DNA from: a virus
Lineage: Duplodnaviria; Caudoviricetes
Length of the DNA: 64,000 nucleotides
Virus record (IMG/VR): IMGVR_UViG_3300020388_000009
Direction: 5' to 3' (one strand)
Position 1 is the stretch's first letter. Every line of letters starts with the position of its first letter. The notes below the pieces were generated by a model. The model was given only the letters and a program-made list of their open reading frames with translations, had not been told where the DNA came from and made no database searches. The position numbers and the translations under genes are program-made. Below, one piece after another: positions 50,022 to 59,972 of the stretch.

Positions 50022-50261
50022 TTATTCTTCTTTATTGTTTGTAGATATTTTTGTGTATCGGATTCCTAATTCTTTTATCTCGTAATGAAATCCTTGATTG
50101 CTATTCATATTAAGTATGTTTACCATTTCCTCTGCCGATTCTAATCTATCAAATTCTAATGGATGGTCTTCATTATCCATCATTAAAACAGGGAGAGCTT
50201 TATTTGAATTACCATCAGGATTTCGATGATATTTAATTAGTATGAATATCCGGTCTTTCAT
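50022..50261 (-). CDS. Hypothetical protein
   Basis: 79 aa ORF. Confidence 0.55.
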   Translation of the reverse strand: MKDRIFILIKYHRNPDGNSNKALPVLMMDNEDHPLEFDRLESAEEMVNILNMNSNQGFHYEIKELGIRYTKISTNNKEE

Positions 50262-51190
50262 TATTTTAACTCATTTAACATTTTTACAATTGTAGACATG
50301 ACATGTAATTCCTTATCAACTGCAAATGAATCCTGGTATTGGGATTCTGCTAATATTAAAATAATACTTGCAATATGCCCAGTTGCATAATTGTCTATTT
50401 CATCAAACAAATATTTATGTAAAGCTGTAAAATCTTTGACTTTACTATCTGCAATTAATTTTCTAATGTCTTTAAATGCAGTCTTCTTATCACTTCCAGA
50501 TTTTAAAATATCTAACAACTTGGTCATATAATTTGCTTGTATAACACTAGTTGCATCTATCTTTAATTCATTATCTATTACTTGTCTCTGACAGCTATTT
50601 AATACCCGTCTTATATCCGGATAGCCGGCGTTTATAATAGTAACAAGGTCTTTGTTATCATATTTAACTTGTAATTCGTTAAGGATTTCAACTATACGTT
50701 TAGCGACTTCTTTTTTATTAGGCGGCGTTATACCAAAGACCTGACAACGTGATTGTATAGGGTCTATAATCTTTTCAACGTAATTACATGTTAAAATGAA
50801 TCTTGTAGTCTTAGAAAATGTTTCCATTAAATTACGTAATGCAGCCTGACCATTAGGAGTCATGTAATCTGCTTCATCTAATATAACAATCTTCCATTTT
50901 TTAAATCCAATAGTACTAGCATAATTCTTTATCTTAGTACGTACTGTTTCCACATTGTTTTCATCTGATGCATTAATATACATGATATCAGCATCTAACC
51001 CATTTGCTATAATCTTTGCAAGAGTGGTCTTACCAGTTCCTGCCTGACCATAAAATAATAGATGTGGTACATCACCATTTTCCAAATATAACTTAACTTT
51101 ATCTATGATATGTTCATTACCCACATATCCTTCTAACGTACCAGGTCGAAACTTTTCAACCCATAATGTATTTTCTTGATTTCCAAACAT
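50261..51190 (-). CDS. Clamp loader large subunit (gp44/RFC-like)
   Basis: LWVEKFRP, GQAGTGKT, NASD, ILDEAD, IQSRC. Confidence 0.92.
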   Translation of the reverse strand: MFGNQENTLWVEKFRPGTLEGYVGNEHIIDKVKLYLENGDVPHLLFYGQAGTGKTTLAKIIANGLDADIMYINASDENNVETVRTKIKNYASTIGFKKWKIVILDEADYMTPNGQAALRNLMETFSKTTRFILTCNYVEKIIDPIQSRCQVFGITPPNKKEVAKRIVEILNELQVKYDNKDLVTIINAGYPDIRRVLNSCQRQVIDNELKIDATSVIQANYMTKLLDILKSGSDKKTAFKDIRKLIADSKVKDFTALHKYLFDEIDNYATGHIASIILILAESQYQDSFAVDKELHVMSTIVKMLNELK

Positions 51191-51196
51191 ACTTAT

Positions 51197-51634
51197 TTAA
51201 TTACCTGTTGAACCATAACCACCTTCTCCTCTAGAACTATCAGCTAAATTATCAGCTTCTTCTAATTCTATATTTGGATATGGCATTATAACTAATTGAC
51301 CGACTCTATCACCATCTTGATATCGTTTAACATTCGCGAAATAACTATCGCTATCAAATTTATACCTGAAAGTTATTTCTCCTCTATATCCAGAATCAAC
51401 AACTCCTACACAATTTGCTAAACTCACATCTTTTTTTGATACGGATGATCTTGGAAATAATAATCCTACATGACCTTCCGGAACTTCAAATGCTAGACCG
51501 GTATGGTATTCTATAAAATTATGCTCTGTATTTATTTTATGAGCAATTGCAGTTATATCCATTCCAGCGTCTCCTGGTTTAGCATAACTAGGAGTAATTG
51601 CTGTATCAACTAATTTTTTAAATTTTACTTTCAT
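51197..51634 (-). CDS. dut: dUTPase
   Basis: AGMD, PRSS, GVVDSGYRGE, RGEGGYGSTG. Confidence 0.95.
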   Translation of the reverse strand: MKVKFKKLVDTAITPSYAKPGDAGMDITAIAHKINTEHNFIEYHTGLAFEVPEGHVGLLFPRSSVSKKDVSLANCVGVVDSGYRGEITFRYKFDSDSYFANVKRYQDGDRVGQLVIMPYPNIELEEADNLADSSRGEGGYGSTGN

Positions 51635-51635
51635 G

Positions 51636-52352
51636 TTATGCAGCTTGTAATTGTACTAAATAATATGTAGATGAATATGCACTTCCTTTAAAGGTTACTC
51701 TGGCTAAACCTGCTTGAGATACTTCGATATAACCTTCTTCTGCATCTTTATTTGCAGATAAAATTTCTTTAAACAAATTAGCAGAAAAACATGTTGCACT
51801 TAACTCTTCAGATTTATCAGGTGTTACTGCCCATGTAATTCTATTGGTATTCAAAGTAGAATAATTTAAAATCATTTTAGTTCCTGCCTCTCCACTTTCA
51901 ACTGCAAAGTTTTCGGTTTCTGGCAATGCATTTTTTGATTTGATAAATTTATCTGCAAAATCTTTAGTTAATTTAATTTTAACACCAAAATCAGGAAGAC
52001 CTTTCATTTGAGGAACTTGTCTAATCACAGACATGTCTGCTAACATAAACGTTACCTTTGTTGATATATCTGATATGTTAATTGAAAATGCGGCATCGTC
52101 TGCTCTATTAACTTTGATATCAATTTTATCATCTAAAGCCGTTAACAGTTTTGTTAATTGAGATGTATTATATACACCCAATCTAACGTCTTCAATATCA
52201 AAATCTTGCATTGTAACTCTACCTACAACGTTTTGATCATCTGTAATAAATTCACATGACAATACATCATCTTTAACATCTAAACCTACCGAATTAGCAT
52301 TCCCTGCTAAATGATATTTTTCAATAAAATTAGTTAGTTTTCTCTTTTCCAT
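51636..52352 (-). CDS. Sliding clamp (gp45/PCNA-like)
   Basis: 238 aa from MEKRKL; GVYNTSQL..LL, C-terminal STYYLV; lies between polB and the clamp loader. Confidence 0.7.
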   Translation of the reverse strand: MEKRKLTNFIEKYHLAGNANSVGLDVKDDVLSCEFITDDQNVVGRVTMQDFDIEDVRLGVYNTSQLTKLLTALDDKIDIKVNRADDAAFSINISDISTKVTFMLADMSVIRQVPQMKGLPDFGVKIKLTKDFADKFIKSKNALPETENFAVESGEAGTKMILNYSTLNTNRITWAVTPDKSEELSATCFSANLFKEILSANKDAEEGYIEVSQAGLARVTFKGSAYSSTYYLVQLQAA

Positions 52353-52362
52353 TTGTTCTCTT

Positions 52363-53547
52363 TTATTCGAAGAATTGATTAAATACTTCATTATTTACTA
52401 AATCTCTTGTACTACCACCAAACCTATCATATAATTGTCTATTTTTATTATAGATATGAATAGCTTTATCTGGATCTTTAAACATTTCTTCCATACTCAT
52501 TAATATTGAATAGAAATCTCTAGGGACCACTGTTTGTAACAATTCGTTATGACATTTCACAATTTCTTCTACTTGTTTAACAGTATCATTAAATACAAAT
52601 AAATTGTTCAACGTCATCTTCATTGTAACATCACCTTTATAATTAGACACATCTCCAAAAGTAAATCCTTCTGATACTGGATGTCCTAATGGGTTAGGAA
52701 CTAAATCATCTGCGTTATAAGGTAGATTTTCTCCTTTAGGAAAATATAAATCCGTAAAGGTCATTTTACTTAATTGAGGAGAATGAAGATAAGTTCCATA
52801 TACAGGATATAAACCTGGTGATGATGAATCTGTTGATATCTGTATACGACCTCCATGATATTTGTTTACCATTTTCTGGAAGAAACTTAACATAAAGAAA
52901 TCGGATATCTTAGATATACCTAATACATGAATAAATTGGTTACGAGCTTTTTCAAATTCTCTATTTTTAATCATAGGAACTAATGCAGACATAAACATTG
53001 TAACACGCTTTTGAGCACCACCAATACACCATCCATTAAATTCAAAGTCTTTCATTTTCTGATACCATGCTTCATATTCTTCAACATTATTACCTTGAAT
53101 AACATTTAAGAACTTACATTTACCAGTTTGGTTATCTGCAAAGTATTTGAAATTATCATAGCTAATATCCATACATTCGTAAAACTTTCCATCATACTTT
53201 GCACGTGGTGGAATATCTAAATTTACTCCTAAATCACAATTGGCTTCTAACCAATCAAATATAGTTTTCTTGAATGATGGATCCCATTTAATGGCACCGG
53301 TAGCTAACTGGAATCCTCCAGAATCTCCTAATACTAATACATCATCTTCTAATCCATATCTATCTCTAGCATCCATCCATTTGTAATGATGTCCTGCCGT
53401 AATTAGGAAATATGGGTGTCTCCATGGTTCTGGAAACTCTTTATCATAAAATCTACATGTAAGTCCAGGCTTAACTTCTTTGTTCTTCTTGAAGTCTCCT
53501 GCACATCCTCCTGCAGATAATGATGGGTAATAAATTAAATCTTTCAT
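52363..53547 (-). CDS. dpdA: TGT-fold deazaguanine DNA transglycosylase (DpdA-like)
   Basis: GDSGGFQ, NLDIPP, NVIQG, IGG, HVLG, TDSSS; clustered with folE/queE/queD. Confidence 0.75.
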   Translation of the reverse strand: MKDLIYYPSLSAGGCAGDFKKNKEVKPGLTCRFYDKEFPEPWRHPYFLITAGHHYKWMDARDRYGLEDDVLVLGDSGGFQLATGAIKWDPSFKKTIFDWLEANCDLGVNLDIPPRAKYDGKFYECMDISYDNFKYFADNQTGKCKFLNVIQGNNVEEYEAWYQKMKDFEFNGWCIGGAQKRVTMFMSALVPMIKNREFEKARNQFIHVLGISKISDFFMLSFFQKMVNKYHGGRIQISTDSSSPGLYPVYGTYLHSPQLSKMTFTDLYFPKGENLPYNADDLVPNPLGHPVSEGFTFGDVSNYKGDVTMKMTLNNLFVFNDTVKQVEEIVKCHNELLQTVVPRDFYSILMSMEEMFKDPDKAIHIYNKNRQLYDRFGGSTRDLVNNEVFNQFFE

Positions 53548-54767
53548 TAAAATAATTCCAATTGAGGTGTTCGTTCTTTTATTTTATTATCAACGTCTTG
53601 ATATAATAATTCTTCGCAATATTCTTTTTCATGCCATACATTGATCTCTTTATCATAGTCACGCGCTATAATATATCCTTCCATTTTTCTACCTAGGTCA
53701 GATGTTTCACTGATATCAAAATGTCTTCTAGGATTAGCAATTGCCGTTTCCAATGTATCTACTGCTGATTGTAAATCAAATGGTTTATACAATCTATCTT
53801 GATCGATAAATTCTGGGAAACTTCTAAAATCTGGGAACACTATATCAGCACCAAACATAGTCGATTCAATTACTGTCCATGATACATAATCTTGTAGTGA
53901 TGAATTAAACTGCACTCTACAAGTTGACAATTCTATATAATATTCTTCTTTAGTTAATCCAGATAACAATTTGAATCTAGGCTGTTCTTTTGCCATTTCA
54001 TTTAACGCATCCATAACACCGGGTAACATACTTCTAAATGATTTACCAGATGTAGTAACATGCCATTCATAATCTGGATTTTCATTTAGAAATTCTTCAG
54101 CTACACGCATCATGAAGAAAGGATTCTTTTCTTTATCTAATCGAGATGAATATACAATTACATTTTTCTTTTCTACTTCATCGCCATTAGCTGTATACCA
54201 ATCCTTTAGTACGCCACATGCTTGTTTTAAATGTATTGGCAATGATACAACATGTATAGGAGCTTCAAATCCTGCTTCACGAAGTTGTTCTTTATGAACC
54301 GTACTTCCAACAAATATACCAGTTAATCGTTTATCTAATCCTAATTCATAAGGTCGCATCCAATCACGCATTGGATAAGTGAAATCATATTCATCAACTG
54401 ATTGTGCATGACACATTGTATATACTTTTATATCTTTATAGCCATACAGGTCTAATGCATACCATATGGCTTCGACTCCTGGTGTCCAATAGTCTTGCAA
54501 GAATATTATATCACCGTCTTGTACTTTATCGTTATACAGTAGATTTAAGAAGTTTTGGCATTGAGATAAACTGTATTTACCTCTACCAATTGCATCTAAT
54601 ACCGCGCCAACTTTGATTTCACAATCTGGGTCAAAGTCTCCTTCAATATCTACAAAGTTAAGATCAGGATATTCTGCAAATGTTTTTGGCATCCATTCTT
54701 TACATAACTGATATGTATATCTAGCCTTTAAAGGTTCAAGGCCAAAATAAAATAAATTTCTTTTCAT
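53547..54767 (-). CDS. GT-B glycosyltransferase translationally coupled to dpdA
   Basis: SSRLDKEKNP, LQDYVSWTVIES, FRSFPE; TAATG overlap with dpdA. Confidence 0.75.
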   Translation of the reverse strand: MKRNLFYFGLEPLKARYTYQLCKEWMPKTFAEYPDLNFVDIEGDFDPDCEIKVGAVLDAIGRGKYSLSQCQNFLNLLYNDKVQDGDIIFLQDYWTPGVEAIWYALDLYGYKDIKVYTMCHAQSVDEYDFTYPMRDWMRPYELGLDKRLTGIFVGSTVHKEQLREAGFEAPIHVVSLPIHLKQACGVLKDWYTANGDEVEKKNVIVYSSRLDKEKNPFFMMRVAEEFLNENPDYEWHVTTSGKSFRSMLPGVMDALNEMAKEQPRFKLLSGLTKEEYYIELSTCRVQFNSSLQDYVSWTVIESTMFGADIVFPDFRSFPEFIDQDRLYKPFDLQSAVDTLETAIANPRRHFDISETSDLGRKMEGYIIARDYDKEINVWHEKEYCEELLYQDVDNKIKERTPQLELF

Positions 54768-54768
54768 A

Positions 54769-55188
54769 TTACTCTTCTGTTCTATCAAATTTATAATCAT
54801 CTGGATTAATTTCCATCATATTGCATTTTGTAATCTGATGCACTCTATACCATCCAGCATCAATTGATAATGTATCTGTATTCTTTAATTTGGCAACAAA
54901 TTCATCTTGTATTCTATATATAACATGTGCTCTATTAAAGATAGACATTGGAATCTTAGCCATAGTTTTTGAATTGGCTTCAACAGTTACATATTGCCGC
55001 GTCTCTAAAATATTATGAATATCATCCCAATTACCATGGGTACAACACATTTCAATATATTCAATTGTAAAATATACATGAGGATATTCTTTATAATTTT
55101 TAGGTAATTGACCTCTAACAAAAACCGTTTCGATATCAGACAATCTGCCTTCTACCTCTTTACCATACCAGTAACTTTTTCCGTACAT
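54769..55188 (-). CDS. Hypothetical protein heading the GT-dpdA operon
   Basis: GKEVEG...TVFVRG...HVYF; first gene after the promoter at 55206-55237. Confidence 0.65.
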   Translation of the reverse strand: MYGKSYWYGKEVEGRLSDIETVFVRGQLPKNYKEYPHVYFTIEYIEMCCTHGNWDDIHNILETRQYVTVEANSKTMAKIPMSIFNRAHVIYRIQDEFVAKLKNTDTLSIDAGWYRVHQITKCNMMEINPDDYKFDRTEE

Positions 55189-55205
55189 ATCTTTTTTATT
55201 TTTAT

Positions 55206-55237
55206 TTAATATAAGAAATCTTTTTTAGATAACCAAA
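55206..55237 (-). promoter_or_regulatory. Early promoter for orf-GT-dpdA-clamp-dut-clamp loader
   Basis: TTTG-N20-TATATTAA. Confidence 0.7.
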
Positions 55238-57715
55238 TTAAAATGAGAAAAACTTTCCTAAATTATTATTTTCTGGAATCAATCCCCAATTCATAGCACT
55301 ATAAAAATCATTTAACTTATTTGCAAACGCCGATTTAAATACTTTGTCATAATCTATATGACCTTGTACAAAATCTGCCAATGGTTTAGGATCATCATAA
55401 CCTTTTAATGCCATTGTATCTAATCCCATAGGATTGTTTTTAAGATATGTCCACTTAATTTTTTCTCCATTTATAATACCACGTATAGTTTTAACTTTAT
55501 GATGTTTCAACATATCATTATAATTTAATGCAGACTTCACATGGACCGGAGTTCCTTTCATACGTACTGCAAATGGTTTATCGCCCTTACGTATATACTT
55601 TTTAATATTTTTAACTCCTATAGGAAACATAACATCTATCAATTCCAACGTCTTCATATGTTCTTTAAAGTCTAATATTTTTTGATCTAATGCAGGCTTA
55701 TCAATATCATTCAACATATCTTCTAATACCTCAGCCATAAACTTTCTAAATGAAGGCGGAAATGATGATCGCACCACATCTAAGCCTTTGACATCTAGTT
55801 TTGATACTGTATGGCCTTCAACATTAATTATCCATTGAGCGTATCGTTTTTTGGCTATCCATAGACCTGCCTTTGCAACATTCTCTTTCTTGATATCAAA
55901 ACGATGTTTATCAACATTATGAAATTTCTTACCATATATATCATATGATTTATTCATAAAGCTTTGAACCTCATCTGCAATTTCAATAGTTTTATCAGAC
56001 ATCCATTTTTCATCAGTAATATCATAACCCGGATACCGTTTTTCTATTAATGGTAATGATGAAAAGAATACAGAATCTGTATCAATGTATATATTATAAT
56101 CTTTCTTTTTGCCTAACTCTTTAAAATAAAACTGGTTGCCTATATCAGCTGTGAACTTAATTAATTGCTGCCCAGTACTTGTAATTGCAATTGCATTATC
56201 TGGATCGAAGAATCGGAAACTAGGGTTACCTAATACTCCATAGAATGAATTCAAAAGAATTTTAGTTACCAACTGCATTCTATCAAAATATTCTGCCTTA
56301 GCATCATCTCCTTCCTTTTCATACTTCTTACGAAGATTTTTATATTCAACACGTTCATTGAACCATTTATCTAGTATAGATGGTAAAAATCCTTTTATCT
56401 GCGTATCATATACAACTCCATTAGCTGCTACAGAATATTTATTTGATTCCAAATAATTTCTTAGATCTTGAGATGTTTCCCAACCATTCCAGCCATCCGA
56501 ATAATGAGTACCAGTATTCTTAACGTAACCTTTAGGATCAAATTTTTCTAACTTAGTTACTTTGGTTTCTGGTGATATGTTAAGTGTCATGATGATACTA
56601 GGATATAGTGATGTTAAATCAAGGTCATATACCCATTTATAACGACCTGCATTTGGTGGTTTAACATATGCCCCTAATAAATTTAATTCTTCATTAGATC
56701 TAGGAGGACGGCTAGGTGATACAATATTCATACGTTTCATATATGTCAATGCCGCACCATCTAAGTATCTAGTTGGAAATAAGAAGTCTTCGTAAGGAAC
56801 ATGCCCTTTATGACATATACCACGAGCCAAATCAATCAGCTTCATTTTTTGATCAATTTCCCAAACCAAATCCACATCATTCATGTTATAATCAATGTAA
56901 CCTTGAATATCATTACGCATAAGATCATCTAAAGTACCTTCATACTTCATTTTACCTTTACCTAATTCTTTTTGAGATATAGCTTCTAATGAATAACTAG
57001 ATTCTTGAGAATATGTAAAGTTCTTATACAATGCCATATAATCTAAACATGATACTCCAGATATACGGTATCTATTTCTATGCTTTAGCCAAATAACGTC
57101 TTTGATAGGAGATAATGATCTTGCTTGTTCTTCACCTAATATCTGAACCATACGATTATAAAGATAAGGAATATCAAAGAAATCAATGTTCCATCCAGTT
57201 ATAATAGTAGGTTGTATTTCATAATATTTGTATAAGAATTTTTGTAATAAAGTATGTTCATTGCTACATGATACTACTTCATACCCAGGCTTAGATACAT
57301 TTTCAACTACCTGATCTTTATCCAATATCCATACATACCTTTGGTCACCAGCTTCATCATATATTGCAATTGAAGTTACTTCATTCTGAGCCTCTTCTGG
57401 AGTTGGAAATCCATTTGCAATATCTACCTCAATATCAATGAACAATGTTCTATGACCTACTGATGATTCATCTGAATCTGTATACGTATCAATTAAAGTG
57501 CGCATTTCCGGATTGATATCAGCCTCATATAATCCAGTTTCTTCGCGATCCGGATTATCAACGCGTTGCACAGTTTGCCCATCTAACGCAACCATATTTC
57601 CATATGTAGCTTTACGATATGCATATGGTTTATAATTAATAGTGAAATGACCTTTCTTATCATCCCAAATATGTACCTTATTAGTACGTTTATGATATGC
57701 TACTGCTTGATACAT
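55238..57715 (-). CDS. polB: Family B DNA polymerase (gp43-like)
   Basis: DIEV, GWNIDFFD, DLTSLYPSII, KILLNSFYG, YIDTDS, KKRY. Confidence 0.95.
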   Translation of the reverse strand: MYQAVAYHKRTNKVHIWDDKKGHFTINYKPYAYRKATYGNMVALDGQTVQRVDNPDREETGLYEADINPEMRTLIDTYTDSDESSVGHRTLFIDIEVDIANGFPTPEEAQNEVTSIAIYDEAGDQRYVWILDKDQVVENVSKPGYEVVSCSNEHTLLQKFLYKYYEIQPTIITGWNIDFFDIPYLYNRMVQILGEEQARSLSPIKDVIWLKHRNRYRISGVSCLDYMALYKNFTYSQESSYSLEAISQKELGKGKMKYEGTLDDLMRNDIQGYIDYNMNDVDLVWEIDQKMKLIDLARGICHKGHVPYEDFLFPTRYLDGAALTYMKRMNIVSPSRPPRSNEELNLLGAYVKPPNAGRYKWVYDLDLTSLYPSIIMTLNISPETKVTKLEKFDPKGYVKNTGTHYSDGWNGWETSQDLRNYLESNKYSVAANGVVYDTQIKGFLPSILDKWFNERVEYKNLRKKYEKEGDDAKAEYFDRMQLVTKILLNSFYGVLGNPSFRFFDPDNAIAITSTGQQLIKFTADIGNQFYFKELGKKKDYNIYIDTDSVFFSSLPLIEKRYPGYDITDEKWMSDKTIEIADEVQSFMNKSYDIYGKKFHNVDKHRFDIKKENVAKAGLWIAKKRYAQWIINVEGHTVSKLDVKGLDVVRSSFPPSFRKFMAEVLEDMLNDIDKPALDQKILDFKEHMKTLELIDVMFPIGVKNIKKYIRKGDKPFAVRMKGTPVHVKSALNYNDMLKHHKVKTIRGIINGEKIKWTYLKNNPMGLDTMALKGYDDPKPLADFVQGHIDYDKVFKSAFANKLNDFYSAMNWGLIPENNNLGKFFSF

Positions 57716-58221
57716 TAATTAATCTTATATATATTTCTATAATTTCTTTTCAACGAATTATCATCTAATCCGTACCCTACTACCCATTCTTTATCAATTT
57801 CAAAACAAAAATGATCTACTGGTGGGCTATCTTCTTTACGTTTGAGTAATGTAACTACCTTTACCTCATCAGGTGTCATATCATCGACACGTCTTAATAT
57901 TTCTGCCATAGTTGCGCCGGTATCTACAATGTCATCGATAATATAAACACGTTTACCTTTACAATGAATTTCTAAATCTTTAGTGATATTAACTCCTCCA
58001 GAATTATCTTGACCTTCATATGATTTAGCTCGAATAAAATCCATTTGCACATCAATACCCATATCTTTCATTAGGTCTGCAAAAAATGCATAACCGCCAT
58101 TTAGTACACATATCATTACAGGTGGATATGAATTTCCAGAAGCTTTATGTTCTTCCGATATTGCATGTGCTAAAGCACGAACACGACGTTCTATTTTATA
58201 TTCTGGTATTAGAATTTCCAT
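57715..58221 (-). CDS. hpt: Hypoxanthine/guanine phosphoribosyltransferase
   Basis: VLNGG, IIDDIVDTGAT, VVGYGLD. Confidence 0.9.
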   Translation of the reverse strand: MEILIPEYKIERRVRALAHAISEEHKASGNSYPPVMICVLNGGYAFFADLMKDMGIDVQMDFIRAKSYEGQDNSGGVNITKDLEIHCKGKRVYIIDDIVDTGATMAEILRRVDDMTPDEVKVVTLLKRKEDSPPVDHFCFEIDKEWVVGYGLDDNSLKRNYRNIYKIN

Positions 58222-58880
58222 TAATATCCTTTTATAAATTCATAATACTCTGCTCTTGTAGAAGGATCATTTTTAAATGCACCAGTTAACTTACTAGTCT
58301 TCATACTTGCACCGCCATGTTTAACACCTCTACATTGTACACAATTATGAGATGCATCAATCATTACTGCTACACCTGCATTATCTTCGATAATAGTATT
58401 CACTGCATGATGAATTGCAACTGTCAATTGTTCTTGTATAGCACCTCTTCTACCAAAATGTTCTACCAATCTATTTAATTTAGATAAACCAATCACATGA
58501 CTATCTTTACCAGGAATATATGCAACATGTACTATACCCATAATAGTTTGATGATGATGAGAACACATCGAAGTTAATGGAATGCCACCTTCAAATACCA
58601 TACCATCATATCCATCACTTGGAAATGTTGTTATTGCAGGAGGAGCTTCATATCTTCCTGCCCATAAATCATTTACATATGCTTTTGCAACTCTATAAGG
58701 AGTTTTATCTGAATTAGGATCTTCTCTCCAATTCACTTTCAATGCATCTAAAAATTGTCCAAATGCTAATTCAGCATCGGCAATCATTGCTTGTTTTTCA
58801 CTCTCTGTTAAAGGACGTCCTTCAGCTGCTCCATTTGCATATCCGGCCTTTACTAGTTCTATATTTATCGAGTTTTTCAT
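58221..58880 (-). CDS. folE: GTP cyclohydrolase I
   Basis: TPYRVAK, SMCSHH, GLSKLNR, IQEQLT, HNCVQCRG. Confidence 0.95.
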   Translation of the reverse strand: MKNSINIELVKAGYANGAAEGRPLTESEKQAMIADAELAFGQFLDALKVNWREDPNSDKTPYRVAKAYVNDLWAGRYEAPPAITTFPSDGYDGMVFEGGIPLTSMCSHHHQTIMGIVHVAYIPGKDSHVIGLSKLNRLVEHFGRRGAIQEQLTVAIHHAVNTIIEDNAGVAVMIDASHNCVQCRGVKHGGASMKTSKLTGAFKNDPSTRAEYYEFIKGY

Positions 58881-58881
58881 T

Positions 58882-59184
58882 CTAAACCTTTTCTGTTGAT
58901 ACCATTACTATTTCTGATTCTCTGAGAAGTACATATGTATCTTCTTCTAATTTAATCTGATTATGCTGTTTAGCAGATTGATTAGTTACCATAACCGTAT
59001 CACCTACTTTTACCGTTACTGGAATACGATCACCCGTCTGCGTAAATAATCCAGGTCCGGCAGCAACTACATCTGCTTGAACATGATTTGTAGTATTACT
59101 AGTTAAAATAATACCACCTTTGGTCGTTTCTTGACCTTCATGAGTTTTTAGGAGTACAAAATCTCCCATTGGTTTCATTTTCAT
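58882..59184 (-). CDS. groES: Co-chaperonin GroES
   Basis: KPMGDFVL, TKGGIIL, VVAAGPG, VKVGD, LLRESEI. Confidence 0.9.
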   Translation of the reverse strand: MKMKPMGDFVLLKTHEGQETTKGGIILTSNTTNHVQADVVAAGPGLFTQTGDRIPVTVKVGDTVMVTNQSAKQHNQIKLEEDTYVLLRESEIVMVSTEKV

Positions 59185-59195
59185 ATAACTTTCCT

Positions 59196-59969
59196 TTAAA
59201 CTGCTCGTTCTGTATCAAATGCAATGATATGATCTCTACCTGTCATGTTATAACCATGTTCGGCACATAATTCAAACACCATTGGATACATTTTAATTAA
59301 TTGTTCTCGCGTATCACCCGCCGGCATAATATATGTTTTATTTTTAGGTATTCCTAATTCAACTCTATATGATTCTATTTCATGTAAATTTTCTTGAGTA
59401 CCATCCCATACTGGTTTATAATGGTAATCTGAATGAAAACTAATCATTTGGTTAATGGCATCCGTATTCATTCGTCGTTTATTGTGAATATCGATAAATC
59501 GTTGGTCAACAACCGTACCACCAGGAGTAACAGCCCCAATAACAGGAACGGAATTACTAAACTTAGGACTAAGGCTAATAAGATCAATAGGATAATCGGT
59601 TTCAACAAAATGTGATCCTTCAGTTTCAATAGTAATAATAATACCTCTTTCATGTGCAAAATGTGTTAATTCATTTACCAATGCAGGCTGCATTGTAGGA
59701 GATCCGCCGGTTAGCATCATTTCTTTTATATGTGGATTCTCATCATATATTTTAATTATATCATTAAAAGAATATTTACCTTTTTCTGGATGTATTGAAG
59801 AATACCAGGAATCACACCAACCTCCTTCTCCAAAATAACATCTATGAGTACAACCTGTAGTTCTGATTGCTATCGTTGGTCTACCAAATCTACTACCTTC
59901 TGATTGTACACATCTATATAATTCGTTGATAGGGAGTACCTTATCATAATTTTTTATTCGTTTATTCAT
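59196..59969 (-). CDS. queE: 7-carboxy-7-deazaguanine synthase (radical SAM)
   Basis: VQSEG, GCTHRC...WCDS, LTGGSP, IETEG, LSPK. Confidence 0.85.
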   Translation of the reverse strand: MNKRIKNYDKVLPINELYRCVQSEGSRFGRPTIAIRTTGCTHRCYFGEGGWCDSWYSSIHPEKGKYSFNDIIKIYDENPHIKEMMLTGGSPTMQPALVNELTHFAHERGIIITIETEGSHFVETDYPIDLISLSPKFSNSVPVIGAVTPGGTVVDQRFIDIHNKRRMNTDAINQMISFHSDYHYKPVWDGTQENLHEIESYRVELGIPKNKTYIMPAGDTREQLIKMYPMVFELCAEHGYNMTGRDHIIAFDTERAV

Positions 59970-59972
59970 AAC

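Noticed and set aside
52363-53547. Canonical tRNA-guanine transglycosylase for queuosine
   Set aside because: Lacks the CxCxxC zinc motif of bacterial Tgt, no queC/queF/queA nearby, and it sits between polymerase and clamp.
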